DNA from: Deltaproteobacteria bacterium
Lineage (GTDB): Bacteria > Desulfobacterota > Binatia > UBA1149 > CAYXZP01
Length of the DNA: 64,000 nt
Direction: 5' to 3'
Assembly (NCBI GenBank): GCA_046583365.1
Contig: JAYGCL010000038.1
Coordinates: forward strand, 9,720-73,719
The number at the start of each line of letters is the position of its first letter. Position 1 is the first letter of the stretch. The notes beneath the pieces are model-generated. The model searched no databases. It had not been told where the DNA came from and saw only the letters and a program-made list of their open reading frames with translations. The translations under genes and the position numbers were made by a program. Below, piece by piece: positions 49,806-58,280 of this stretch.

Positions 49806-50575
49806 ATAGAGACGCACTCAAGGAGCTGCTCCAACGCGTAAGCCAGGGCCAACTCAGCGCCGAGGAGGCAGCCGAAGAACTCAAGGACTTGCCGTTCTCA
49901 GACCTCGGATTTGCCCGCGTGGACAACCACCGTGAACTCAGAAACGGCATACCCGAGGTTATCTTTGCCGAGGGCAAGGACGCCGGACAGATCATCGGTA
50001 TCGCCCGCAGCATGGTTGAGCGCGGCCAGGGCGTGCTGGTCACCCGCCTGGACGCAGACAAAGCCGAGGAGCTTTCGGCGGCTCTTGACGGCTTCAGTTA
50101 CAACTCCACCGCCCGCATATCCCGTCGTGGCGGTTGTACGAACCCGTCGGGTACCGTGGCAACGGTGGCGGTGGTCTCGGCCGGCACCTCCGACCAGGCC
50201 GTGGCCGAAGAGGCCACCGAGACCCTGGCGTTTCTTGGCATCGAGGTGGTGAGGTCAGTCGATGTGGGTGTGGCCGGGATCCACCGTCTACTGGCCGACC
50301 GCCGCAGCATAAGCGAGGCCGCGGTGGCCATTGTGGTGGCTGGCATGGAGGGTGCCCTGCCCAGCGTTGTCGGTGGTCTGGTGGACCTGCCGGTGATCGC
50401 CGTTCCCACCAGTGTCGGTTACGGGTCGAGTTTCGGCGGTCTGGCTGCGCTTCTGGCCATGCTCAACTCATGTGCGGCCGGGGTTACGGTGGTCAACATC
50501 GACAACGGCTTCGGTGCCGCGGTGGCGGCGGCGGCGATTATAAGAAGCGGGCGGCGCGTGGCTGCCGGCGACTAG
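49802..50575 (+). CDS. larB: LarB-like PurE-family protein (nickel-pincer cofactor biosynthesis carboxylase/hydrolase, COG1691)
   Basis: N-terminal DxxRExRxGxPEVI block ([19 protein letters not shown]) plus PurE-like C-terminal half ([10 protein letters not shown]...[17 protein letters not shown]); ATGA overlap with thiL. Confidence 0.6.
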   Translation: MNRDALKELLQRVSQGQLSAEEAAEELKDLPFSDLGFARVDNHRELRNGIPEVIFAEGKDAGQIIGIARSMVERGQGVLVTRLDADKAEELSAALDGFSYNSTARISRRGGCTNPSGTVATVAVVSAGTSDQAVAEEATETLAFLGIEVVRSVDVGVAGIHRLLADRRSISEAAVAIVVAGMEGALPSVVGGLVDLPVIAVPTSVGYGSSFGGLAALLAMLNSCAAGVTVVNIDNGFGAAVAAAAIIRSGRRVAAGD

Positions 50576-51330
50576 TCAGCCGGCGGCCACGCGATGGCCG
50601 TACGGTCGAAAGATCCCTGGGCGAGAAGCCCGGGCGGGGCTTCTTCGAGTACACTCCAATCCAGTTTCAATGTAGTCGTTGTGTTCTGCGTATAGTCGCG
50701 GATCAGAATGTTGCGGGGGCGAAGCCTGGAGCCGACCATGACAAAGTCGGAATTCTCCCTGATCCTGACCATGTTGTTCATAGTGTCTTTGTAGTACTTG
50801 ACCGAGAGTGGAACCATTCTGGCTTTGTCGAAAGAGATAACGAAGATCGTGTAGGGTAGGCCGTCGGGTACGTACAGGGTCACGGTTTTCTCACTGCTGG
50901 TTTCATCGGAGACGAAAGCTGGTCCCTGTTCGAAAGCCCAGAATGGGAACAGTTCCATTGCACGCAGGTCGGTGCCGCCCAGTGGGTCGTCTATGCTGAT
51001 GGCCACCGGCTTTTTGCCTTTTTTGCGTACCGCCTTGCCGTCATTCCAGTCCAACGGCAGCAGGGAGCGCCAACCCGAGCTGCGCAGGGCGAAAAACTGC
51101 CGGCCGGCCTGGGGTGCCACCACGAGGATGGCCTGGTCGTGGCTGCCGTCGCTACGGCTGAGCTTTATGTCGGCACGCACCGTACGGTTGTAGGTGCCCA
51201 TACGCACGGTGCGGCTTATGAAAGCCTCGAGTTCGCTTCCCACGGCGGCGGCGCCTGTCGGGGTCAGCGAGACAAAGACGAGTGCCGCGGCGGTTGCGGC
51301 AAATGCCGGTAGCTTAGCCTCCCAATTCAT
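50572..51330 (-). CDS. secreted LolA-like / outer-membrane lipoprotein-sorting-fold protein (hypothetical)
   Basis: Signal peptide MNWEAKLPAFAATAAALVFVSL...; beta-rich sequence with a loose resemblance to LolA-like carrier proteins; start overlaps the moaA stop by 17 nt. Confidence 0.35.
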   Translation of the reverse strand: MNWEAKLPAFAATAAALVFVSLTPTGAAAVGSELEAFISRTVRMGTYNRTVRADIKLSRSDGSHDQAILVVAPQAGRQFFALRSSGWRSLLPLDWNDGKAVRKKGKKPVAISIDDPLGGTDLRAMELFPFWAFEQGPAFVSDETSSEKTVTLYVPDGLPYTIFVISFDKARMVPLSVKYYKDTMNNMVRIRENSDFVMVGSRLRPRNILIRDYTQNTTTTLKLDWSVLEEAPPGLLAQGSFDRTAIAWPPAD

Positions 51331-52339
51331 ACATCTCTATCCTTGGTTTGCCCGCTGTTGGTTTGTCCAACTCCTCGGCCCGTTCTTCAGAGTAGCGGTC
51401 TTTGCGCAACGACCATACCGATGAGATCAAATGGGCCAGGTGGTCGTCGCTGGCCCCGGTCCTCAGTGGGTCCTTCAAGTCGGTGCCATCGGTTGCGAAC
51501 AGACAGGTAACCAGGCGGCCGTCGGTGGACAGGCGGGCGCGTGTGCACTGGCCACAAAACGGTCGCGTGACAGAAGCGATAACGCCCACTTCGCCGCCAC
51601 CGTCTTTGTAGCGGTAGCGTTCGGCCACCTCGCCGGCGTAGTTGGGTGCGATAGCCTCAAGCGGAAAAGTCCGGTCGATAGTTTCAACTATTTCGGTGGC
51701 ACTGACCACGTCGTCGGAGGTCCAATGGTTTTTGGTGCCGACGTCCATAAACTCGATGAAACGCAGGATGTGGCCAGAGCCACGAAAGTGTCGCGCCGTC
51801 TCCACTATGGTGTGGTCGTTGAGGCCGCGGATTATCACGGAATTTATTTTTATCGGTGTGAGCCCGGCTGCCGCTGCGGCTTCGACCCCCGCCAACACCT
51901 GGGCCACTTGCGCGTTGCGGCCGTTCATACGGCCGAAGGTCTCCTCGTCGACCGCGTCAAGGCTTACCGAGATGCGGTTCAAACCTGCGGCGGCAAGGGC
52001 TTGGGCGTGTTGGGCCAGCAGGTAGCCGTTGGTGGTAAGGGTGAGGTCGCGGAGGCCGCCGATGGCCGCGAGCCTTTCTATGAGACGGGGGAGTTGGGCT
52101 CTCAGCAAGGGCTCGCCGCCGGTTATTCTCACCTTCTCGACACCGCCGCGAACGAAGATACGTACCAGCCGCTCTATCTCCTCGAAGCTCAACAACTCGG
52201 CCCTCGGCACAAACTCGTAGTGTTCGCCGTAGACCTCGGCCGGCATGCAGTAGGGGCAGCGGAAGTTACAGCGGTCGGTGACCGAGACTCGAAGGTCGCC
52301 GATTCTGCGGCCAAGCCGGTCTGTCGGGATGGTGGTCAT
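51314..52339 (-). CDS. moaA: GTP 3',8-cyclase MoaA (radical SAM)
   Basis: CNFRCPYCMP radical-SAM cysteine motif, C-terminal second Fe-S cysteines (CGQCTRARLSTDGRLVTCLF). Confidence 0.9.
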   Translation of the reverse strand: MTTIPTDRLGRRIGDLRVSVTDRCNFRCPYCMPAEVYGEHYEFVPRAELLSFEEIERLVRIFVRGGVEKVRITGGEPLLRAQLPRLIERLAAIGGLRDLTLTTNGYLLAQHAQALAAAGLNRISVSLDAVDEETFGRMNGRNAQVAQVLAGVEAAAAAGLTPIKINSVIIRGLNDHTIVETARHFRGSGHILRFIEFMDVGTKNHWTSDDVVSATEIVETIDRTFPLEAIAPNYAGEVAERYRYKDGGGEVGVIASVTRPFCGQCTRARLSTDGRLVTCLFATDGTDLKDPLRTGASDDHLAHLISSVWSLRKDRYSEERAEELDKPTAGKPRIEMYELGG

Positions 52340-52683
52340 TCCTGGGGGCCCAGGGCTACCTCGTGTATTTCCAGGACGTTGGGGCCGGCAAACATTTCGG
52401 CCGGTGGGCGGTTGGAATGGGCTTTGCGGAAGGATTCACTGTTGGTCCAGTCCCAGAAGGCCTGCTCGGATTCCCAGTAGGTCTGTACGAGGTGGTAACC
52501 CTGCTCGTCGCTGTCGGCCCAGGCTCCGGTCTGGTGGTCAAAGCGGCGCTTTATCGGCCTCAACACGTGGTTTTTTATGAAACCCGGAGAGTTTTCGATC
52601 AAATGGGCACGGTTGCGGAAACGGTCTTCAAACTCTTCTTCGTGGCCTGCGGCCACGGGGATGCGGTTGGTTACAATAATCAT
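52336..52683 (-). CDS. ABM-fold monooxygenase, IsdG/HmoB-like (putative heme-degrading)
   Basis: MIIVTNRIPV...FIKNHVL...YWESEQAFWDWTNSESFRKAH parallels the IsdG block [21 protein letters not shown]. Start set to internal ATG 52683 (ORF track start would overlap the upstream gene). Confidence 0.5.
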   Translation of the reverse strand: MIIVTNRIPVAAGHEEEFEDRFRNRAHLIENSPGFIKNHVLRPIKRRFDHQTGAWADSDEQGYHLVQTYWESEQAFWDWTNSESFRKAHSNRPPAEMFAGPNVLEIHEVALGPQE

Positions 52684-52745
52684 CGGGCAAGAATACGCCG
52701 GGGGACCGGTCGAGGCCAGACCAGCCCAGCCCATCGCCGGCCCGG

Positions 52746-53786
52746 CTAGCCGAGGGTAACGCCCAACCAACTGCCCAGCAGGTAGGTTGAGACCCCCGCC
52801 GCCGTACCGATGGCCAGCATACGCAGGCCCCCGCCCAGGGCGCTTTTGCCCGAGAACAGACTGACGGCGGCGCCGACCATGAATAGCCCCAGTGCCGAGA
52901 CGAGGGCGGCCCAGGCCAGGCTGGCCTGGCCGGCTCCGGCCGCAAACGGGGCCAGCGGCAGGGCCGCACCGACGGCAAAGGACAGGAAGGAGGAGGCGGC
53001 CGCAGCCCAGGGGGAGCCCAGTTCATCGGGGTTGACGCCGAGTTCTTCCAGGGCCAGGCAGCGCAGGGCCTGCTCGGGGTTTTTGAAAAGGGCTGCGGTC
53101 ATCTTGCGGGCCTGATCTATGGGCAGGCCGCGGGCCGCATAGATAAGGGCCAGTTCTTCGGCCTCCTCTTCCGGGTAGTGTTCCAGTTCGGCCCGTTCCT
53201 GGGCGATCTGGTGCTCGTAGAGGTCGCGTTGTGAACGCACGGACACGTACTCGCCGGCGGCCATGGAAAAGGCTCCGGCCAGCAGTCCGGCTGTACCCGA
53301 GAGCATTACCAGGGTGGTATCACTGGTGGCGCCAGCCACGCCCATGATCAAACTGGTGTTGGAAACCAGCCCGTCGTTTACACCGAAGACGGCCGCACGC
53401 AGGTTCATGGCCCCGCCGGTACGGGTGTGGCGGCGGCCTATCTCGGCCACCGAGGTCGGCATCGGGTGTTCGAGAAGCGGGGCGGCGTTGGAGTAGGCCG
53501 ACAGCCCACGGATTTTAAGGGCGGCAAGCAGGGGGCGGACCCGTCGCGGCCCCAGGGTCGAGGCCAGGTAGGCTGCCAGACGGGCCCTGGCCGTGGGGTA
53601 GAAGGCGGGCAGGCTGCCGCCGTCCTGGCTGACCTTGGTGGCCAGGATTTCGGCCTGCTCTTCGGCCGCGGTGGACAGACGTACGAACAGGCCGCTTATG
53701 GCATCGTTCTCCTCGGCCTCGGCAACCCTTAGATAAAGCCATGCCGAGAGCTTCTCCGCCTTCCAGCTTTCGATCAAAGACAACAT
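52746..53786 (-). CDS. MbfA-like iron/manganese exporter: N-terminal ferritin-like (erythrin-type) domain fused to VIT1/CCC1 membrane domain
   Basis: N-terminal helical domain with paired acidic motifs ([14 protein letters not shown]), then VIT1 signature [13 protein letters not shown] and 5 TM helices. Confidence 0.6.
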   Translation of the reverse strand: MLSLIESWKAEKLSAWLYLRVAEAEENDAISGLFVRLSTAAEEQAEILATKVSQDGGSLPAFYPTARARLAAYLASTLGPRRVRPLLAALKIRGLSAYSNAAPLLEHPMPTSVAEIGRRHTRTGGAMNLRAAVFGVNDGLVSNTSLIMGVAGATSDTTLVMLSGTAGLLAGAFSMAAGEYVSVRSQRDLYEHQIAQERAELEHYPEEEAEELALIYAARGLPIDQARKMTAALFKNPEQALRCLALEELGVNPDELGSPWAAAASSFLSFAVGAALPLAPFAAGAGQASLAWAALVSALGLFMVGAAVSLFSGKSALGGGLRMLAIGTAAGVSTYLLGSWLGVTLG

Positions 53787-53864
53787 CAGCGACTCCCTGG
53801 GGGGATTTGTCTATGTAGTCTGCGGCGATTTCAAACTTCTCCTTTACAGGGTAAAAGATGGGGG

Positions 53865-55277
53865 ATGGCCAAGACACAGCGAGAAGGCAGCAGAATAGAA
53901 CGCGACAGCATGGGTGAAATGGAAGTACCGGCCGAGGCCTACTATGGCGCACAGACGGCCAGGGCTGTGGAGAACTTTCCGGTTTCGGGTCTGCGCTTCG
54001 GCCGCCGTTTCATAAAAGCCCTGGGGCTGGTCAAGGCTGCTGCCGCCCACGCCAATGCCGAACTCGGCCTCCTCGACAGCGAACGGGCCGGTGCCATAGC
54101 CAGTGCCGCGGGAGAAGTTGCCGAGGGGATGTTTGACAAAGAGTTTGTGGTCGACATTTTCCAGACTGGTTCCGGTACCTCCACCAACATGAACGCCAAC
54201 GAGGTTATAAGCAGCCGTGCCGCGGAACTGCTCGGCCGTGAGCGTGGCGACAAAAACAGCGTCCACCCCAACGACCACGTCAATATGGGACAGAGCACCA
54301 ACGATGTTTTTCCCACCGCCATTCATGTTGCCGCCATGGAGGCCGTAAAGCGCGAGTTGGTACCCGCCCTTGAGTCTCTGGCCGAAGCCTTCGAATCCAA
54401 GGCCGAAGAGTTTTCAGGCGTAGTTAAATCCGGTCGTACCCATCTTCAGGATGCCGTGCCTATTACTCTGGGCCAGGAGTTTTCCGGCTATGCCAGCGTT
54501 GTGCGCCACGGCCTGGCCAGGGTCGAGGCGGCCGTCGGCCGTCTGGCCGAGCTTGCCATAGGAGGGACGGCGCTCGGCACCGGTCTTAACGCCGACCCGC
54601 GTTATGCCGAACTGGTGGTGGCGGAGTTGAATCGCCAGACCGGCCTGGGTTTCTGTAAGGCCGAAAATCTATTTGAGGCCATGCAGAATCGCGACGCCGC
54701 CGTTGAAATGTCGGGAGTTTTGAAGACCATCGCTGTGGGATTGTTGAAGATCTCCAACGACCTTCGTCTGATGTCTTCGGGCCCCCGCACCGGGCTTGGT
54801 GAAATCGCTCTTCCCGAGATTCAGCCGGGTTCGAGCATCATGCCCGGCAAGGTCAATCCAGTAATCCCGGAGGCGGTTACCATGGTTGCCGCCCAGGTAA
54901 TCGGCAACGATACAACGATTGCCATTGCCGGTCTGAACGGCAACCTCGATCTCAACGTTATGATGCCGGTTATTGCCCGCGACCTTCTCGAAAGCATCGA
55001 AATCCTGGCCGGTGGGGTCAGGGTGCTGGCCGCCAAGTGCGTGGTGGGAATCACCGCAAACTCGGACCGTTGTCTGGCGTTGGCCGAGATGAGTGCGACT
55101 ACGGTGACGGCCGTGGCCCCAGAGATCGGCTACGACGAGGCTGCCCGTGTTTTCAAGAAGGCTATTGCCGAGGACAAGTCGGTGCGCGATGTCATTCTGG
55201 AAGACGGATTGCTTGACCAGAAGCGCCTGGACGAGGTGCTCGACCTGATCAATCTCACCAAGGGGGGCCGTCCCTGA
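53865..55277 (+). CDS. fumC: class II fumarate hydratase
   Basis: [11 protein letters not shown] signature. [13 protein letters not shown] matches FumC (IWQTGSGTQSNMN) rather than AspA (VYQGGAGTSVNMN). Confidence 0.8.
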   Translation: MAKTQREGSRIERDSMGEMEVPAEAYYGAQTARAVENFPVSGLRFGRRFIKALGLVKAAAAHANAELGLLDSERAGAIASAAGEVAEGMFDKEFVVDIFQTGSGTSTNMNANEVISSRAAELLGRERGDKNSVHPNDHVNMGQSTNDVFPTAIHVAAMEAVKRELVPALESLAEAFESKAEEFSGVVKSGRTHLQDAVPITLGQEFSGYASVVRHGLARVEAAVGRLAELAIGGTALGTGLNADPRYAELVVAELNRQTGLGFCKAENLFEAMQNRDAAVEMSGVLKTIAVGLLKISNDLRLMSSGPRTGLGEIALPEIQPGSSIMPGKVNPVIPEAVTMVAAQVIGNDTTIAIAGLNGNLDLNVMMPVIARDLLESIEILAGGVRVLAAKCVVGITANSDRCLALAEMSATTVTAVAPEIGYDEAARVFKKAIAEDKSVRDVILEDGLLDQKRLDEVLDLINLTKGGRP

Positions 55278-55278
55278 G

Positions 55279-55839
55279 ATGACCCCCGACAGTGGCGCAC
55301 TCATAAAGCTGTTCAGCTATTACCGCGACGCTGAAATCCGCGGGGCCAGCTTGCTCATGAAGATGATGGCCCGCGTTGAGGATCCGGAGGCCCAGGTACT
55401 TTTTTCCCGTCATATCGACGACGAGACCAGGCACGCCTGGTTGTGGACCAAACGCATAAAAGACGAGGGCGGGCTGCCGGTGCCGGTGCCCGACGGTTAC
55501 CAGCGACGTCTGGGCAAGGCGCTGGGCCTCCCCCGCAATCTGATCGACCTGTTTGCGCTTACCGTGGTGGTTGAAGAACGGAGCCAGCAGCGCTACTGCG
55601 AACATGCGGCCAGCCCCATGTGCGACGACAAAACCCGTGAGATTCTCGACTCTCTGACCCAGGACGAGAAGTGGCATATTGCGTGGATGGAAGAGTGGCT
55701 GATGAAGATGGCCAGGGAAGAGGGCAGCGAGGACAAGGCCAGGCAGGTCATGGACCGCTACCGCGATACCGAGGCTCAGGTTTTCGAAGAAATGAAGGGC
55801 CTGGAACGCGAGTGGCTGGGGTTTTCTTTTTCCGACTAG
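55279..55839 (+). CDS. ferritin-like diiron-domain protein (rubrerythrin/ferritin superfamily), function unknown
   Basis: Two ExxH motifs (DDETRHAW, QDEKWHIAW) about 90 residues apart in a predicted four-helix bundle; starts 1 nt after the fumC stop. Confidence 0.5.
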   Translation: MTPDSGALIKLFSYYRDAEIRGASLLMKMMARVEDPEAQVLFSRHIDDETRHAWLWTKRIKDEGGLPVPVPDGYQRRLGKALGLPRNLIDLFALTVVVEERSQQRYCEHAASPMCDDKTREILDSLTQDEKWHIAWMEEWLMKMAREEGSEDKARQVMDRYRDTEAQVFEEMKGLEREWLGFSFSD

Positions 55840-55847
55840 CCCCCGGC

Positions 55848-58280
55848 CTACCGGCCGCGGACTTCCAAGGCTTTGAGGTTGAGGTAGGGCAGATAGGCCG
55901 GCACCAGGCGCAGGTCGATGCGTCTGAGCCAGTGGCCGGGTAGCCTCAAGGTGGCGTTGGGGTTGCCGGTAAAATCTATCAAGCCCTGCCGCGACAACAG
56001 CGTTCCGTTCTCGGTGGTTACGGCTACGCGGTAAACGAGGGCCTCACGGGCCCGCGGCAGGTTGGCAACCACACGCAGAAATGCCGCCGGCTGGGGCGTG
56101 TCGAAACTGACACTGCAATCAACGGCTACCGCCCGCCCACTCCAACGCTGCCCACGGCGCCAGCGAAACATTGCGGAGCCGGCCGGTCTCTCGGGCTGTG
56201 GGCGGCACAGCAGACGGCCGCCTAAAGAGGCCAGCAGGGGGCCTTGGCCCACTGTTGAGGCTGCGGCAGTGGAGCGCGAGGGACGGATGCCGGTCTTTGG
56301 TCTCGAGCGCTCGGCGCAAAGTCTGAAACGGCCGTCGTCGTAGAGGGTGGCTGAGCGTCGGTCGCAGGGTTGGTCCTCCAGGACCGAGTGGGTTACCCGG
56401 TAGCGTCCCACGGCCGCGTTGCGCAGCCGTCGGCTGCCGCCGGCCAGTCCGATGATGATGGCGTTGGCCTCCATGCGGCGCTGGGCCTGGCGCCGTCCTC
56501 GCGAGAACACCACGGTACCGCGGTCGGAAAAGGCCAGCACCGACCGTTGGCTGTAGGCCGGGATAAGTTCGGCCAGACCGCTGGCGGCGGCCAGGATGGC
56601 TGTGGGGGGAAGTTTTGCGACCTCTTCCAGAAGCGCGAGAGTCTCGGTGTCGGGCCGCAGCTTGCCCGCTTCCCGGTCTACGGATGAGAGACGGTGCCAG
56701 GGTGTGGAGCCAGCGGCCAAGCCGACAACCAACAGGGCGAGCAGCAGGGTTGGGCCGAGGGTACGGCCCTTGAAGGGGGCAAGACGGGCCGGGGCCTCAA
56801 GCAGCAGTGCACCCAGGAGAAGTCCGAAGGGGATAGCCCACAGCGCCCGGTAGGCCATCCAGGGCAGTACCAGACGGCCGAAGGCCGGGGCCAGCCAGGG
56901 CAAAAAAGCCAGGGCTAAAAAGGGCAGGCTGGAGGCGAGAAGAAACCCCGCCCACAGCCGGCGGCGCTCGGCCAGGGCCAGGGCCAGGGCCAGCAGGGAG
57001 AGAATCAGCAGCGGGTCGGCAAGCAGGCGGGGGTTTACCACCGGACCGCCGGCAGGAAGCGCCAGGAGCCGTTTCATGCGCAGGTGGCTTCTCAGCACCG
57101 GGTGGGTGGAGTCAGGGCCCGGGGCCGTTGGCGAGACGGTCGTGGCCACCCCGGTACGAAGGGCCATGTCATCTCTGGTTTCAAAGCCCAGCCAGGCAGG
57201 CACCGTGCCGACAAGGATGGCTATGGTCACAACGGCGGCCAACGGTCTGGCCGCCGCCGTCAGTGATTCTTTCCCCCAGGTAACCACCCACACCGCGAAG
57301 GCAAAAAGGGTGACCAGTACCAGCATGTATACAAGAGCATGGCTGAGGGCTACCGCGGCCAGGGCCAGGCCGAGGGCGGCCCAGGCCATAGGGCTCTCGC
57401 GCCGGCCGTTTTTTATGCGTTCGATGGCCATGGCCAGGGCTACCGGTGCGAATATAAGCAGAGCCGTGGTCTTGTCTTCGGCCAGGCGGCCGAACAGCGG
57501 GTAGCGGTCGGGTGAAAAGAAGGGGTAGCGGGTAGCCAGCAGTACGGCCATCGAAGTCAGCGTTGCTACACAGGCCGAAGGCGTGGATGTGAACACGGCG
57601 CGCGATAGAAAAAAGGCGGCCGATGCACAAAGCGGGGCCAGCAGTACCGGGGCCATGGTTTGAAAAACTGCTGGTCCCGAAGCCCCGGCCAGGGCCTTTA
57701 CGGAGGCCAGGGACAGCAACCAGGCATTGTGGGCAAAACGGGGAACTACCAGTCCGTTTGCGAAAAACGGTTCGCTCCAGTCAAGCGGGGTCCTCTCGGC
57801 CAGGGCGCCGAGGTAGGCCATGTACCACATGCGGTCGCGGGCTATGTTCTCCCCGCCGGCCGCCATCAAGGCCGCCAGCAGAGCCACCGCCACGACCGCC
57901 ACGACCGCGCCCACGGCCAGGCGGCTTTGTTTGTCAGCTGGCCTGGAGGTTGGTCTCAACGACGGCTGCAGCAGGGCCAGCAGGACTGAGGCGGCCAGCA
58001 TCAAGGCCACGATGGCCTTGATCGACAGGGACCATGACACCGCCAGGGGACCGGCAAGGCCAATCATCGCTACCGACAGGGTCAGCGCCCTTGCCGGAAT
58101 CTCCAGGGGATGGGAACTGGGGCCGCCCAGTATACGGTCGAGCAGATAGCCGGGCAGCAGCAGTAGTGCGGCGGCCGCAGCCGGCAGGGCCAGGGCTTGT
58201 AGGCCCAGGGGGCCGGCCATAGCGGTCCCCCACACAAGCGCAAGGCCCACCAGCAGACCCGCCCGCCCGCCGGGCTTCAT
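55848..58280 (-). CDS. large polytopic membrane protein, GT-C-like glycosyltransferase fold (paralog A)
   Basis: 810 aa; about 13 TM helices; first periplasmic loop DRMWYMAYLG...PRFAHNAWL; conserved C-terminal soluble domain shared with paralog B (LPWMAYRALWAIPF, SDRGTVVFS, LRLVPAYLPYLNLKALEV). Confidence 0.5.
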   Translation of the reverse strand: MKPGGRAGLLVGLALVWGTAMAGPLGLQALALPAAAAALLLLPGYLLDRILGGPSSHPLEIPARALTLSVAMIGLAGPLAVSWSLSIKAIVALMLAASVLLALLQPSLRPTSRPADKQSRLAVGAVVAVVAVALLAALMAAGGENIARDRMWYMAYLGALAERTPLDWSEPFFANGLVVPRFAHNAWLLSLASVKALAGASGPAVFQTMAPVLLAPLCASAAFFLSRAVFTSTPSACVATLTSMAVLLATRYPFFSPDRYPLFGRLAEDKTTALLIFAPVALAMAIERIKNGRRESPMAWAALGLALAAVALSHALVYMLVLVTLFAFAVWVVTWGKESLTAAARPLAAVVTIAILVGTVPAWLGFETRDDMALRTGVATTVSPTAPGPDSTHPVLRSHLRMKRLLALPAGGPVVNPRLLADPLLILSLLALALALAERRRLWAGFLLASSLPFLALAFLPWLAPAFGRLVLPWMAYRALWAIPFGLLLGALLLEAPARLAPFKGRTLGPTLLLALLVVGLAAGSTPWHRLSSVDREAGKLRPDTETLALLEEVAKLPPTAILAAASGLAELIPAYSQRSVLAFSDRGTVVFSRGRRQAQRRMEANAIIIGLAGGSRRLRNAAVGRYRVTHSVLEDQPCDRRSATLYDDGRFRLCAERSRPKTGIRPSRSTAAASTVGQGPLLASLGGRLLCRPQPERPAGSAMFRWRRGQRWSGRAVAVDCSVSFDTPQPAAFLRVVANLPRAREALVYRVAVTTENGTLLSRQGLIDFTGNPNATLRLPGHWLRRIDLRLVPAYLPYLNLKALEVRGR

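Noticed and set aside
53865-55277. Aspartate ammonia-lyase (aspA) as an alternative call for the fumarase-family gene
   Set aside because: The signature [13 protein letters not shown] matches FumC (QTGSGT) rather than AspA (QGGAGTS).
56961-56990. (GCCAGG)n tandem repeat as possible CRISPR/VNTR
   Set aside because: Lies inside membrane-protein paralog A and simply encodes an (LA)n hydrophobic stretch. No repeat-spacer architecture anywhere in the window.
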